Shown one piece after another: positions 9,849-18,578 of a stretch of DNA of 58,696 nt. Location: the NCBI GenBank assembly GCA_964405295.1, contig CAYONI010000003.1, positions 69,159-127,854 on the forward strand, in the 5' to 3' direction. The position numbers and the translations under genes were made by a program. Position 1 is the first letter of the stretch. Each line of letters opens with the position of its first letter. Origin of the DNA: an uncultured Methanosarcinales archaeon (lineage in GTDB: Archaea > Nanobdellota > Nanobdellia > Woesearchaeales > CAYZNE01). The notes beneath the pieces were generated by a model. The model was given only the letters and a program-made list of their open reading frames with translations, was not told the origin of the DNA and searched no databases.

Positions 9849-10732
9849 TTCTTAGCACCTTTTTTCTTCTTAACTTTAGGACTGATTCTTTTTGCTTTCT
9901 TCTTAGTTTCTTTTGCAACATATGAATCAGTAAATAATTTATTTTTAGTAAGTGTGTCAATTGCAGATTCTGTAAATAAAGTCATTCTTCCTGCATGAGT
10001 TCCAGGAGCCAACATCTCAGTGTTTAACTCGCTAACCTTAACAATTTCCATTCCTGGAAGATTGCTTACAGATTGTAACAAGCCACACTTATCTGCAACA
10101 ACAAATAATAATGATGTCTTTTTAATTTTCTTTCTTCCTCTAAGCTTTCCAATTCCTGATCTTATTTTAGTAATAAGAGTTCTCTTTAACTCATCTTTGA
10201 AACCAATATTCATAAGAACATTTCTTAATTCTTTTGTTTTGTCAATTTTTTCAAAGTCTTTGCTTAGGATAAAAGGATAAGTAGTAGGAACATTAGCGTT
10301 CTTTTCTTTAACAAGAGGTATATTCATAACTGCAGCTAGTGCAGATCTGATTGCTTTTCTCTTTTCTTTCTTATTTATTTTTTTACTCCAATCTTTTTGT
10401 GCTTTAGCAGGATGAGCTCTATAACCACCAACAGTTTGTGGAACAAATGCACCAACCCAGTTGAATCTTGATCCTCTAACACTCATTGCTTTTCTTGGAG
10501 TCCTTGATTGACCAATACCATAAGTTGACCTAAAAGAACTTCTTCTTTTAGAAACATAAGCACTATGCTTTTTTCCTGCTCGAGGATCAGAACCATATGG
10601 TTGTCTTTTATTAGCTTGAATAGCAAGAACTGCTCTCTTAATTAAGTCAGGTCTATAAGTTTCATTAAATTGTGCAGGTAACTCTTTTGAACCCTTTTCT
10701 ACACTTTTTGTATCAAATATTTTTACTTTCAT
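9845..10732 (-). CDS. rpl4: 50S ribosomal protein uL4
   Basis: RPDLIKRAV, RQPYG.DP.AG, VGGYRAHP, LAPGTHAGR. Confidence 0.97.
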   Translation of the reverse strand: MKVKIFDTKSVEKGSKELPAQFNETYRPDLIKRAVLAIQANKRQPYGSDPRAGKKHSAYVSKRRSSFRSTYGIGQSRTPRKAMSVRGSRFNWVGAFVPQTVGGYRAHPAKAQKDWSKKINKKEKRKAIRSALAAVMNIPLVKEKNANVPTTYPFILSKDFEKIDKTKELRNVLMNIGFKDELKRTLITKIRSGIGKLRGRKKIKKTSLLFVVADKCGLLQSVSNLPGMEIVKVSELNTEMLAPGTHAGRMTLFTESAIDTLTKNKLFTDSYVAKETKKKAKRISPKVKKKKGAKK

Positions 10733-10775
10733 TTTATTGTTTTATTCGTTTTTATGAATGACCAATAATCTCTGA

Positions 10776-11744
10776 TTATTGCTTTGATTTTAAATTAATT
10801 TCCTCAATTGTAGGAACATTTCTTATATTTTTTAGAGGCCTAATTGCCTTTGTGAATACTATTAATCTTTTTCTTGCACCAGGAACCGATCCTTGAATCA
10901 AAATATATTCTGACCTAACTTTTCCATAATGAGGAAAGTCCCCTTTAGGATTTACTTCTTCAGGATTATCTGAGATTTTTAGTATTTGACCATTATAATG
11001 TGTTCTTTGATGAAACCCAACTTGACCTGCGAATGCAACTCTCCACATCATATGTCCCTGTCCTTTCCAACTTCCTGCAAGAGCACCCGGTCCTCTTTTA
11101 GTTTTTTCAGATTTATGACTTCTTATATTAACACCAAACCTTTTAACAGGTCCTTGTGTTCCTTTACCTTTTGTTACAGCGTGAATATCTACTAATTCAC
11201 CTTCTTTGTAAACATCAGAAACTTTTATACCAGTTGCAATATGCGCCTTTACAAATTCTAGTGCATCAGGTTTTGATCCACCGAGAGTAAGCTCGAATAT
11301 TTCTGGTGTTTTTTTGAATGTTGGTTGAGTAGAAAGAGTGATTGTTAAATGGTGATAATCATCAAGGTTAAGTTTTGCTAGTGCATCTGAAGGGGATTCT
11401 TTGAACAATACTCTTCTCAAAACATTTTTGCTGCTCTTAAAAAATATCTCCTTAACCACGCCAAAACCATAATCTTTAGGTAAGTAACATCTTAAAGAAT
11501 GAATTCTTAATGGGGGACATTCAATTACTGTTACAGGAACAGATATTTCTTGTCCTTTTGTTAAAGAATTTTTGTAAGCGTCAATAGCAATAACTTGAGT
11601 CATACCTGCTTTATAACCTGCAAATCCTACTGGGATTGCATCTTTAATAATAGGCTTAGATCTAATTCTAGGTTGAATTCTCTTTGACCTTTTTCTTGGC
11701 CAAACTTGCATACTTCCATGTCTTGGATTTACTCTTTTACCCAT
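10776..11744 (-). CDS. rpl3: 50S ribosomal protein uL3
   Basis: PRHGS...WPRKR, GYKAGMT, TKGKGTQGPVKRFG, GSVPG. Confidence 0.97.
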   Translation of the reverse strand: MGKRVNPRHGSMQVWPRKRSKRIQPRIRSKPIIKDAIPVGFAGYKAGMTQVIAIDAYKNSLTKGQEISVPVTVIECPPLRIHSLRCYLPKDYGFGVVKEIFFKSSKNVLRRVLFKESPSDALAKLNLDDYHHLTITLSTQPTFKKTPEIFELTLGGSKPDALEFVKAHIATGIKVSDVYKEGELVDIHAVTKGKGTQGPVKRFGVNIRSHKSEKTKRGPGALAGSWKGQGHMMWRVAFAGQVGFHQRTHYNGQILKISDNPEEVNPKGDFPHYGKVRSEYILIQGSVPGARKRLIVFTKAIRPLKNIRNVPTIEEINLKSKQ

Positions 11745-11798
11745 TTTAAATCATATAAATCTAAATATATAGTTAAACTATACAGTTGGTATTGTTTT

Positions 11799-11911
11799 CG
11801 CCTATTAGTCAAAAGTTTTTTGAGAATTTAGCACATAGCATCGATGATGGTATATGAGCCTCAAAACCCTCTTATCAGGCGTATCAAATTACAAACATAT
11901 TATTTGTAATT
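11799..11911 (-). promoter_or_regulatory. Structured 5' leader of the rpl3 (S10) operon
   Basis: Nested inverted repeats CGCCT/AGGCG, TTTTGAG/CTCAAAA, CATATA/TATGTG, CATC/GATG (11799-11881) plus AATTACAAA/TTTGTAATT (11887-11911); G-U pairs fit the minus strand. Confidence 0.55.
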
Positions 11912-11934
11912 AATTGTTAATTTAGCGAACGCTG

Positions 11935-11948
11935 TTTTATTTATAAAG
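11935..11948 (-). promoter_or_regulatory. Probable TATA box of the S10-spc operon
   Basis: Minus-strand CTTTATAAATAAAA just upstream of the structured leader. Confidence 0.5.
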
Positions 11949-12051
11949 ATTGTTGTTTTACTAGAGCAACCAATATTAAGCAATTCCTTTAATAAATTAA
12001 TAACCAAAACTATATAAATAAGCTTTCTATTGTATTATATAGGGGTTAAAT

Positions 12052-12858
12052 ATGGTTAATGACATTATATTCTTAGGAACAGCTGGTGATGCAATACTAT
12101 TTGGAAAGCAATACAGGGCTTCAGGTGGAATTGTTATTGTTACAAATAATACGCAGCTACATATTGATCCCGGGCCAGGTTCACTTGTCAGAGCAGTACA
12201 AATGAAGGTGAATGTTAGAGAAACAACAGGAATTCTAGTTTCTAATAATACAATCCTAAAAAGTAGTGATGTAAACGCACTAATTAGTGGAATGACCTAC
12301 GAAGGGTTAGATCACAAAGGAGTTGTAGTTGCACAAAGAAATGTTATTGAAGGAAATGAAGATGATCACCCAACTATAACAAGAGAATGCCTTTCCTATG
12401 TAGAAAAAGCAATAGGCTTAGAAGTAGGACAAAAAGTTGGAATAAATGATACAGAAGTACTTGCAACAAAAACATTTGGAACAGAAAGCATTGGTTTTAG
12501 AATTACTTGTCCTGATTTTATTATAGGGTACACTTCAGATACAGAATACCGAGCAGAACTTGCAAGTTCTTTTGAAAATGTAAACGTTCTGATTGTGAAT
12601 TGTAAGAATCCTGAATCTATTAAAGAAAAAAGTTCAATGAATACTACAGACATAATTAGTCTTGTTGAGAAAGTAAAACCTTCACTAACCATTCTAACAG
12701 GATTTGGAATTAAAATGATTGAACATGATCCTATAAGTGAAGCAAGAAAAATTCAGAAGGAAACTGGATGCCAAGTAATGGCTGCAAAAGATGGATTAAG
12801 AATTAACCCAACAGCTTACTCTGCAAAAAACAAGCAAAAGAGATTGCAGGGGTTTTAA
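12052..12858 (+). CDS. Metallo-beta-lactamase-fold protein with degenerate metal site
   Basis: IIFLGTAG, HIDPGPG, GYTSDT; HxHxDH position reads SNNTILKSSD. Confidence 0.85.
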   Translation: MVNDIIFLGTAGDAILFGKQYRASGGIVIVTNNTQLHIDPGPGSLVRAVQMKVNVRETTGILVSNNTILKSSDVNALISGMTYEGLDHKGVVVAQRNVIEGNEDDHPTITRECLSYVEKAIGLEVGQKVGINDTEVLATKTFGTESIGFRITCPDFIIGYTSDTEYRAELASSFENVNVLIVNCKNPESIKEKSSMNTTDIISLVEKVKPSLTILTGFGIKMIEHDPISEARKIQKETGCQVMAAKDGLRINPTAYSAKNKQKRLQGF

Positions 12859-12915
12859 CTAAATTATTTCTAATATAAATCTTTATAAAGAAAATATTCA
12901 TTCCTAATTAAACAA

Positions 12916-12989
12916 GACCTCATGGCTCAGCCTGGTAGAGCAGCCGGCTCTTAACCGGCAGGTCAGGGGTTCGAATCCCCTTGGGGTCA
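12916..12989 (+). tRNA. tRNA-Lys (CTT)
   Basis: Acceptor GACCTCA/TGGGGTC; anticodon arm GCCGG-CTCTTAA-CCGGC; T-loop GTTCGAATC; TATA CTTTATAAAG at 12881. Confidence 0.96.
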
Positions 12990-13014
12990 TAGCTAACTAA
13001 ATACCTTTTTATAT

Positions 13015-13140
13015 GCGGATGTAGTTTAGTTGGTTAGAGCGCCAGACTCATAAGTGTATGAGTGATGAGCTTGCAAGAGCAATGATTATTCATGGTGCCG
13101 AGCAATCTGGAGGTCGGGAGTTCAAGTCTCCCCATCCGCA
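13015..13140 (+). tRNA. tRNA-Met (CAT), elongator type, with ~52-nt intron at 37/38 (13053-13104)
   Basis: Acceptor GCGGATG/CATCCGC; anticodon stem CCAGA/TCTGG around CTCATA^A; G1:C72 argues against initiator; relaxed bulge-helix-bulge junction. Confidence 0.92.
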
Positions 13141-13162
13141 CTCCATTTTATTAAAACTATTT

Positions 13163-13245
13163 GCCAAGATGGGACAATTTGGTACTCCGCCGGCCTTGAG
13201 AGCCGGTAGCTTCGGCTATTCCCAGTTCGAATCTGGGTCTTGGCG
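13163..13245 (+). tRNA. tRNA-Ser (TGA)
   Basis: Acceptor GCCAAGA/TCTTGGC; CCGGC-CTTGAGA-GCCGG; long variable arm TAGC-TTCG-GCTA; G73. Confidence 0.95.
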
Positions 13246-13463
13246 TATTTTCTTCTTTATTTACATATTCGAACTGACCAGTTCGCGCTCAGTAACAAGT
13301 TACTGGCGCCTCGAGCAAAGCTCTACGGAATACTGGGTCTTGGCGTATTTTCTTCTTTATTTACATATTCGAACTGACCAGTTCGCGCTCAGTAACAAGT
13401 TACTGGCGCCTCGAGCAAAGCTCTACGGAATACTGGGTCTTGGCGTATTTTCTTCTTTATTTA
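13233..13463 (+). repeat. Perfect 100-bp tandem repeat (2.3 copies): tRNA-Ser 3' end + T-rich tract + 69-bp palindromic element
   Basis: CTGGGTCTTGGCGTATTTTCTTCTTTATTTA at 13233, 13333 and 13433; identical 69-bp inserts at 13264-13332 and 13364-13432. Confidence 0.95.
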
Positions 13464-13537
13464 TTATTATTATCCTTTTTAAACAGTCAAAAGCTTTTTA
13501 AACATAATATCTAATTAATATAGATATAATAAATAAG

Positions 13538-14044
13538 ATGGCAGAAGTAAAAGTTATATACAAAGAAAGGAAAGTAAATTATTCTGGCTTATTTGATGTT
13601 AATAGAATACATAAATTTATGGCAGACTGGTTTAGAAAAAACAAATTTACAATGTTTGAAGAAAAAACAGAAGAACAAGTCTTTGAAGGCGGAAAACAAA
13701 TAATCTATAATTATAAACCTTACAAAAAATTTACAGATTTTGCAAAAGCAGTTATTTATTTTGATGTAACTTTTAACAATCTAGAAGATGTTAAAGTTGA
13801 AATCGATGGAGTAACAAAAAAAATGCAAAAAGGGGATGCTAGCATTTCTATAACTGGTTACGTTGAAACTGATTATGAAAACAAGTGGGAAACAAAACCA
13901 TTCTATTATTTCTTAAAAATAGTATTTGAAAAATTCTTTTTAGGTAGTCACAGATCATATTATCAATCTTATGTCAATAAAACATGTACTAGATTAAATC
14001 ACGAAATGAAATCTTTACTTAACCTAAAAAATCTAAAAGTCTAA
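13538..14044 (+). CDS. Hypothetical protein (paralog of 45393-46013)
   Basis: Intact ORF with upstream TATA; shared F..I....DW and KGD..I.I..Y...D.E.KW...P pattern. Confidence 0.8.
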   Translation: MAEVKVIYKERKVNYSGLFDVNRIHKFMADWFRKNKFTMFEEKTEEQVFEGGKQIIYNYKPYKKFTDFAKAVIYFDVTFNNLEDVKVEIDGVTKKMQKGDASISITGYVETDYENKWETKPFYYFLKIVFEKFFLGSHRSYYQSYVNKTCTRLNHEMKSLLNLKNLKV

Positions 14045-14059
14045 TATAAGGGGTGCTTA

Positions 14060-14386
14060 ATGGCAGATGAAGAAAATGAATTAATCAACTTAGGTGAATC
14101 TATACAACTTTCAGGATTTAAAATAATAAGTTCAGGAGAGTTAGTTGTTGTTAAGAAACTTATTGGAACACAAGTCAGAAAATTTCAAGATATGTTGCCA
14201 GGATTTGAAAGATTAGTAATTCATCTTAAACCAATACATAAGACTGAAAAGAATATGCAATTTGAAATTGCTGCAGAACTTATTTATGAAGGAAAAGTAA
14301 AAAATTCTAATGTAGTTGACAGAAATTTGTTCATGGGGCTTTCAACAATATTTAATAAGTTTGAGATTATGTTGCAAAAGAAATAA
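14060..14386 (+). CDS. HPF/RaiA (ribosome hibernation factor)-like protein
   Basis: Pattern IQLSG...KKL...KF...LVIHL...FEIAAEL...DRNLFMGLSTIFNKFEIML resembles the HPF fold; RBS GGGGTG. Confidence 0.6.
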   Translation: MADEENELINLGESIQLSGFKIISSGELVVVKKLIGTQVRKFQDMLPGFERLVIHLKPIHKTEKNMQFEIAAELIYEGKVKNSNVVDRNLFMGLSTIFNKFEIMLQKK

Positions 14387-14387
14387 A

Positions 14388-14603
14388 TTATTTTTTAATT
14401 ATAGTATTTTTTTCATAAGATCTTTGAACTTTAGCTGGATCTAATTTAGCAACAAGAATCTCTCTTTCCTTTTTTTTAGAAGTAAAAATATCAGCTATGC
14501 TTTCATAAACATATTTAATTCCTTGAGTAACATCATAAGATCCAGAAGTTAATTTATGATATTTTCCCTTAAAAGATTCAATACAATAACTAAGTATTCC
14601 CAT
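14388..14603 (-). CDS. Hypothetical protein
   Basis: 71-aa ORF with TTTAAATA about 25 bp upstream of the ATG; no family recognised. Confidence 0.5.
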   Translation of the reverse strand: MGILSYCIESFKGKYHKLTSGSYDVTQGIKYVYESIADIFTSKKKEREILVAKLDPAKVQRSYEKNTIIKK

Positions 14604-14695
14604 AAACCATAGAATCCAAATCTAGTATTTAAATGTTACTGTAATTATTAATATCAATTTAATAATAGAAAATAAATTAAAGAATAAAAAAATAA

Positions 14696-15175
14696 TTATT
14701 TTTGTTCTTTTTCAACAGGAGCTTTTGCAGGAATTTCAGTTTTAACTTCGGGTTTTACTTCAACTTTGGGAGTTTCAACCTTAGTTTTTTTCTTTTCTAC
14801 AGTTTTCTCGTCTTCTTTAACTTTCTTAACAATGCTTTTTTGTTGACCGCCAACCTTATTCATTAGTCTGTCTTTGATAGATTCTTTTTTCTCTACCTTT
14901 TTCTGACTTTCGTATTTATTACCAAATAATTCTGCAGTTACTTCACCATCATCGTTTTTTAGAACATCAACTTTGATATGATGAGGAGGATTTTTAATTC
15001 CATTCTTCCAAATCTCATCATTAAGTTTTGGACCAAGTTTTACATCTTCACTCTTCATGTGCTTCTTTAGAAAATCCTTTACTGCTCTTATAGCAACTTT
15101 TGCACGAGTATATTTTGGTTTTTTACTAAACCAAGATCGTAAAGGAATATTATAAGTTCGTTTAATCTCTGCCAT
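14696..15175 (-). CDS. rpl31e: 50S ribosomal protein eL31 with K/E-rich tail
   Basis: RTYNIPLR, LNDEIW..GIKNPP. Confidence 0.95.
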   Translation of the reverse strand: MAEIKRTYNIPLRSWFSKKPKYTRAKVAIRAVKDFLKKHMKSEDVKLGPKLNDEIWKNGIKNPPHHIKVDVLKNDDGEVTAELFGNKYESQKKVEKKESIKDRLMNKVGGQQKSIVKKVKEDEKTVEKKKTKVETPKVEVKPEVKTEIPAKAPVEKEQK

Positions 15176-15183
15176 TTTCTTAC

Positions 15184-15357
15184 CTATACTTTAGTTGAGC
15201 CCCTTCTCCAGTTTCTCTTAACATGAGTGTGTCTTCCAGGATGAACTCTTCGTCCAACACCATATTTTTTTGGAACTGTCCAAACAGGAGCCCACTTAGT
15301 GTGCTTTGTTTTCTTGATAAGTCTTAATTTTTTAGCAATATGTTTAAATGTAGCCAT
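15184..15357 (-). CDS. rpl39e: 50S ribosomal protein eL39
   Basis: KKLRL.K, PVW, RNWRR; lies between eS19 and eL31; start set at MATFK. Confidence 0.92.
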   Translation of the reverse strand: MATFKHIAKKLRLIKKTKHTKWAPVWTVPKKYGVGRRVHPGRHTHVKRNWRRGSTKV

Positions 15358-15358
15358 C

Positions 15359-16042
15359 TTACTCAACCTTTTTCTCAGGAGCTTTTAATTGTTCCTCTTT
15401 CTTTTCAACAACAGGAGTCTCTACTTTAGGAACTTCAGCCTTTGGCACTTCTTTTTTAGGAGCTTCTACTTTAGGAGCCTCTACTTTAGGAACTTCCTTC
15501 TTAACTTCCTCTTTCTTTTCAATAATAGGGACTTCCTTCTTTTCAACAACAGGAGTCTCTACTTTAGGAACTTCAGCCTTTGGCACTTCTTTTTTAGGAG
15601 CTTCTTTTTTTACAATAGGGTTAGGTTTTGAAGGAGTAAATTCTTTTGATGTAGTAAACAATAAAGATTTACCTTCAGGAGTTATAATTCTTCCTTTATG
15701 AACGCCAATAGCTTCTTGTTTTATTAGCTTAGCTGTTTCTAATTGTTGCAATATAGTCCTGATTATTTTACCAGATGATCTTTGAAAATGTTCTGGAGCC
15801 ATACCATTATTCTTTTTTCCACCATACTTAGTTCTAAGTTTTGCAACACCAACAGGCCCTCTATTTTCAACTGTCCTTAAGATTGCAGCTGCTCTAAAAA
15901 ACCACCAGTCTTCACTTACTGGAGGTCTTTGTCTATTTATACCTGTTTTTACAAACTTAGCCCATTCTGGCATATCAATTATTGATTTTAATTTTGTTGC
16001 GACCCTTTCAATTAATAATCCAGGTTCGATTAAATCTATCAT
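15359..16042 (-). CDS. rps19e: 30S ribosomal protein eS19 with repetitive C-terminal extension
   Basis: PEWAKFVKTG, WWFFRAAAILR, SGKIIRTILQQLE, GRIITPEG. Confidence 0.96.
   Translation of the reverse strand: MIDLIEPGLLIERVATKLKSIIDMPEWAKFVKTGINRQRPPVSEDWWFFRAAAILRTVENRGPVGVAKLRTKYGGKKNNGMAPEHFQRSSGKIIRTILQQLETAKLIKQEAIGVHKGRIITPEGKSLLFTTSKEFTPSKPNPIVKKEAPKKEVPKAEVPKVETPVVEKKEVPIIEKKEEVKKEVPKVEAPKVEAPKKEVPKAEVPKVETPVVEKKEEQLKAPEKKVE
15399..15605. repeat. Exact 69-bp direct repeat in the eS19 tail (15399-15467 and 15537-15605)
   Basis: Each copy encodes EAPKKEVPKAEVPKVETPVVEKK. Confidence 0.9.
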
Positions 16043-16199
16043 ATTTTATTCACCTTTGATTTTATAGTAACTCAATTCCTATAGCCTCTAACTCAATCTC
16101 AAAGGAACGCCAAACTATTTATAAAAGTATTGGTTGATAAATCCGCCACAAAAAACCATAACAACCTTTTTAAACATAGTTTGCATCCCAATTATTGCA

Positions 16200-18101
16200 A
16201 TGGGTAAGGGTAAAAAAGAAACAAAAACTAGTAATTCTAACAAAGTAGATTTCAAAACAACTGCGCAAATCAAAGTACCTGACAAAATAATTAATCAAGT
16301 AATTGGCCAAGAACACGCAGTTGACATAATTAAAAAAGCTGCGCAACAAAGAAGACATGTTCTTTTAATTGGAGACCCAGGAACAGGTAAATCTATGCTT
16401 GGGTTAGCTCTTGCAGAATTAATACCTAAAAAGAAATTAGTAGATGTTCTATCTTACCATAATCCAGATGATGATCATAAACCACTAATAAGAACTGTAA
16501 AACCAGGAACAGGAAGAAAAATAGTTGAAGCAATAAAAATTCAATCAACAAAAATGGTGAAAGGCCAATCCTGGATAATTCTTGCATTAGCAATTGTTGC
16601 AATGATAGTTCCCTGGTGGATAAGAACAGAATATAATTCAGATGTTATGTTCGCAGCATTCTTTATTGGAGGAATGTTTTTTCTGGCTGCAGCAGTTATG
16701 TTTATTAGTTTAGGAAAAAGAATGAGTATGGGAAACAAGAATACTATCCGAGCACCAAAAGTTATAGTGGATAATTACAATAAAAAGCAAGCACCATTCT
16801 ATGATGCGACAGGCGCACATGCAGGTGCATTATTAGGAGATGTTCTTCACGACCCCTTTCAGTCAGGAGGATTAGGAACTCCTGCACACGAGAGAGTTAT
16901 TGCAGGAATGATACACAAGGCACATATGGGTGTTTTGTTTGTCGACGAGATTGCAACTCTGCATCCAACAAGTCAACAAGAACTATTAACTGCAATACAA
17001 GAAGGAAAATACTCAATTACAGGACAATCAGAAAGAAGCGCTGGTGCAATGGTTAGAACAGAACCAGTTCCCTGTAAATTTATTTTGGTTGCGGCAGGAA
17101 ATGTTGAAACCATTAAGAATCTTCACCCTGCACTAAGATCAAGAGTTAAAGGTTATGGTTATGAAATTTATATGAATACTTCAATGCCTGACACTGCAAA
17201 AAACAGATTTAAATTAGCAAAGTTTGTTGCACAGGAAGTTACTAAGGACGAGAAAATACCTCACTTTTCTAGAAAAGCAGTTGAATACATAATTGAAGAA
17301 GCAAGACGAAGAGCAAATAGAAAAGGCCACCTAACTCTGAGATTAAGAGAACTTGGCGGATTAGTTAGAGCTGCAGGAGATATTGCAGTAGAAGAAAATG
17401 CAAAAATAGTTGAGCCAAAACATATTATTAAGGCAAAGAAAATTTCTAAATCATTAGAAGGTCAAATTGCTGATAAAATCATAGAGCACAAAAAAGATTA
17501 TGAAGTTATTGTTACAAAAGGAAAAAAGATTGGAAGAATAAATGGTCTTGCAGTAATTGGTGGAGAAGGAAACTTCTCAGGAATCATTCTTCCTATAGAA
17601 TCAGAAATAACTCCAGGTGGAAAAGTTTCAGAATTTATTGCAACAGGAAAACTTGGAGACATTGCAAAAGAAGCTGTTAAAAATGTTTCAGCAATAATCA
17701 AAAAATACTTTGGTAAAGATATTAAAGAAACATATGACATTTATGTTCAATTCTTACAAACTTATGAAGGTGTAGAAGGAGACTCTGCATCAATAGCAAT
17801 AGCAACGGCAGTAGTTAGTGCATTTGCAAAAGTACCAATCAAACAAAACTATGCAGTTACAGGATCACTTTCTGTTAGAGGAGAAGTTCTTCCTATTGGT
17901 GGAGTTTCTGCTAAAATAGAAGCGGCAATAGATGCAGGAATTGAAAAAGTAATTGTTCCGAAAAGCAATATGCAAGACATTATTATTGATAAGGATATGA
18001 TTTCAAAAGTGAAAATTATTCCTGTTGAACACATTAGAGAAGTTCTAAAAGAAATTATTGATTGGAAAGGCAAAGAGAAAATATTAAAAAAAATAAAATG
18101 A
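16200..18101 (+). CDS. lonB: Membrane-bound ATP-dependent protease LonB
   Basis: Walker A GDPGTGKS, two TM helices, VLFVDE, EGDSAS catalytic Ser, PIGGVSAK; start set at ATG 16200. Confidence 0.96.
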   Translation: MGKGKKETKTSNSNKVDFKTTAQIKVPDKIINQVIGQEHAVDIIKKAAQQRRHVLLIGDPGTGKSMLGLALAELIPKKKLVDVLSYHNPDDDHKPLIRTVKPGTGRKIVEAIKIQSTKMVKGQSWIILALAIVAMIVPWWIRTEYNSDVMFAAFFIGGMFFLAAAVMFISLGKRMSMGNKNTIRAPKVIVDNYNKKQAPFYDATGAHAGALLGDVLHDPFQSGGLGTPAHERVIAGMIHKAHMGVLFVDEIATLHPTSQQELLTAIQEGKYSITGQSERSAGAMVRTEPVPCKFILVAAGNVETIKNLHPALRSRVKGYGYEIYMNTSMPDTAKNRFKLAKFVAQEVTKDEKIPHFSRKAVEYIIEEARRRANRKGHLTLRLRELGGLVRAAGDIAVEENAKIVEPKHIIKAKKISKSLEGQIADKIIEHKKDYEVIVTKGKKIGRINGLAVIGGEGNFSGIILPIESEITPGGKVSEFIATGKLGDIAKEAVKNVSAIIKKYFGKDIKETYDIYVQFLQTYEGVEGDSASIAIATAVVSAFAKVPIKQNYAVTGSLSVRGEVLPIGGVSAKIEAAIDAGIEKVIVPKSNMQDIIIDKDMISKVKIIPVEHIREVLKEIIDWKGKEKILKKIK

Positions 18102-18143
18102 TAATCAAAGATTATCAGTCATTTTTTCTATGAAAAAATAAAA

Positions 18144-18578
18144 TTAATTGACTTCTTCAATAGAATGATTATAAAAACCATTACATAAATTATGTTTAAG
18201 TGCAGGCTTAGTGTGATAAATTTCATCTCTACACCAATCATCAGGGCTTTTTCTTTCTAAAACATCACAAATACCTGCAACAATAAATGATAAATCTTGA
18301 CAACCTTTAAACCCATCAATAATAAACTCAGATTCTTTTTCTGATTTTTGAGAAGCAACATAAACAGATATTCTTGCCTTACCTTTATGGCCTCTTTTAA
18401 TACCTATAAAATTCATATTCCAATGGTTCTGAAGCTCTGTAGCCAACAAGTATGCCCGAGTTCTTGGATTAAGATTCTCATAGTCTAATTTGCCATGTCT
18501 TCTTTTTAATCCATCAATCAAAACAGGAATTAAATTACCTGCGGTTTTACTATTAAATTTTGGTACACTTGTAGTCAT
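18144..18578 (-). CDS. Hypothetical protein
   Basis: 144-aa ORF with GGTGA RBS and upstream TATA. Confidence 0.7.
   Translation of the reverse strand: MTTSVPKFNSKTAGNLIPVLIDGLKRRHGKLDYENLNPRTRAYLLATELQNHWNMNFIGIKRGHKGKARISVYVASQKSEKESEFIIDGFKGCQDLSFIVAGICDVLERKSPDDWCRDEIYHTKPALKHNLCNGFYNHSIEEVN

Noticed and set aside
13233..13463. CRISPR array (31-bp repeat x3)
   Set aside because: The spacers are identical and 69 bp long, the repeat is the tRNA 3' end, and no cas genes are present
13058..13501. 147-aa ORF with internal repeat
   Set aside because: Overlaps tRNA-Met, tRNA-Ser and the 100-bp repeat; a by-product of non-coding sequence
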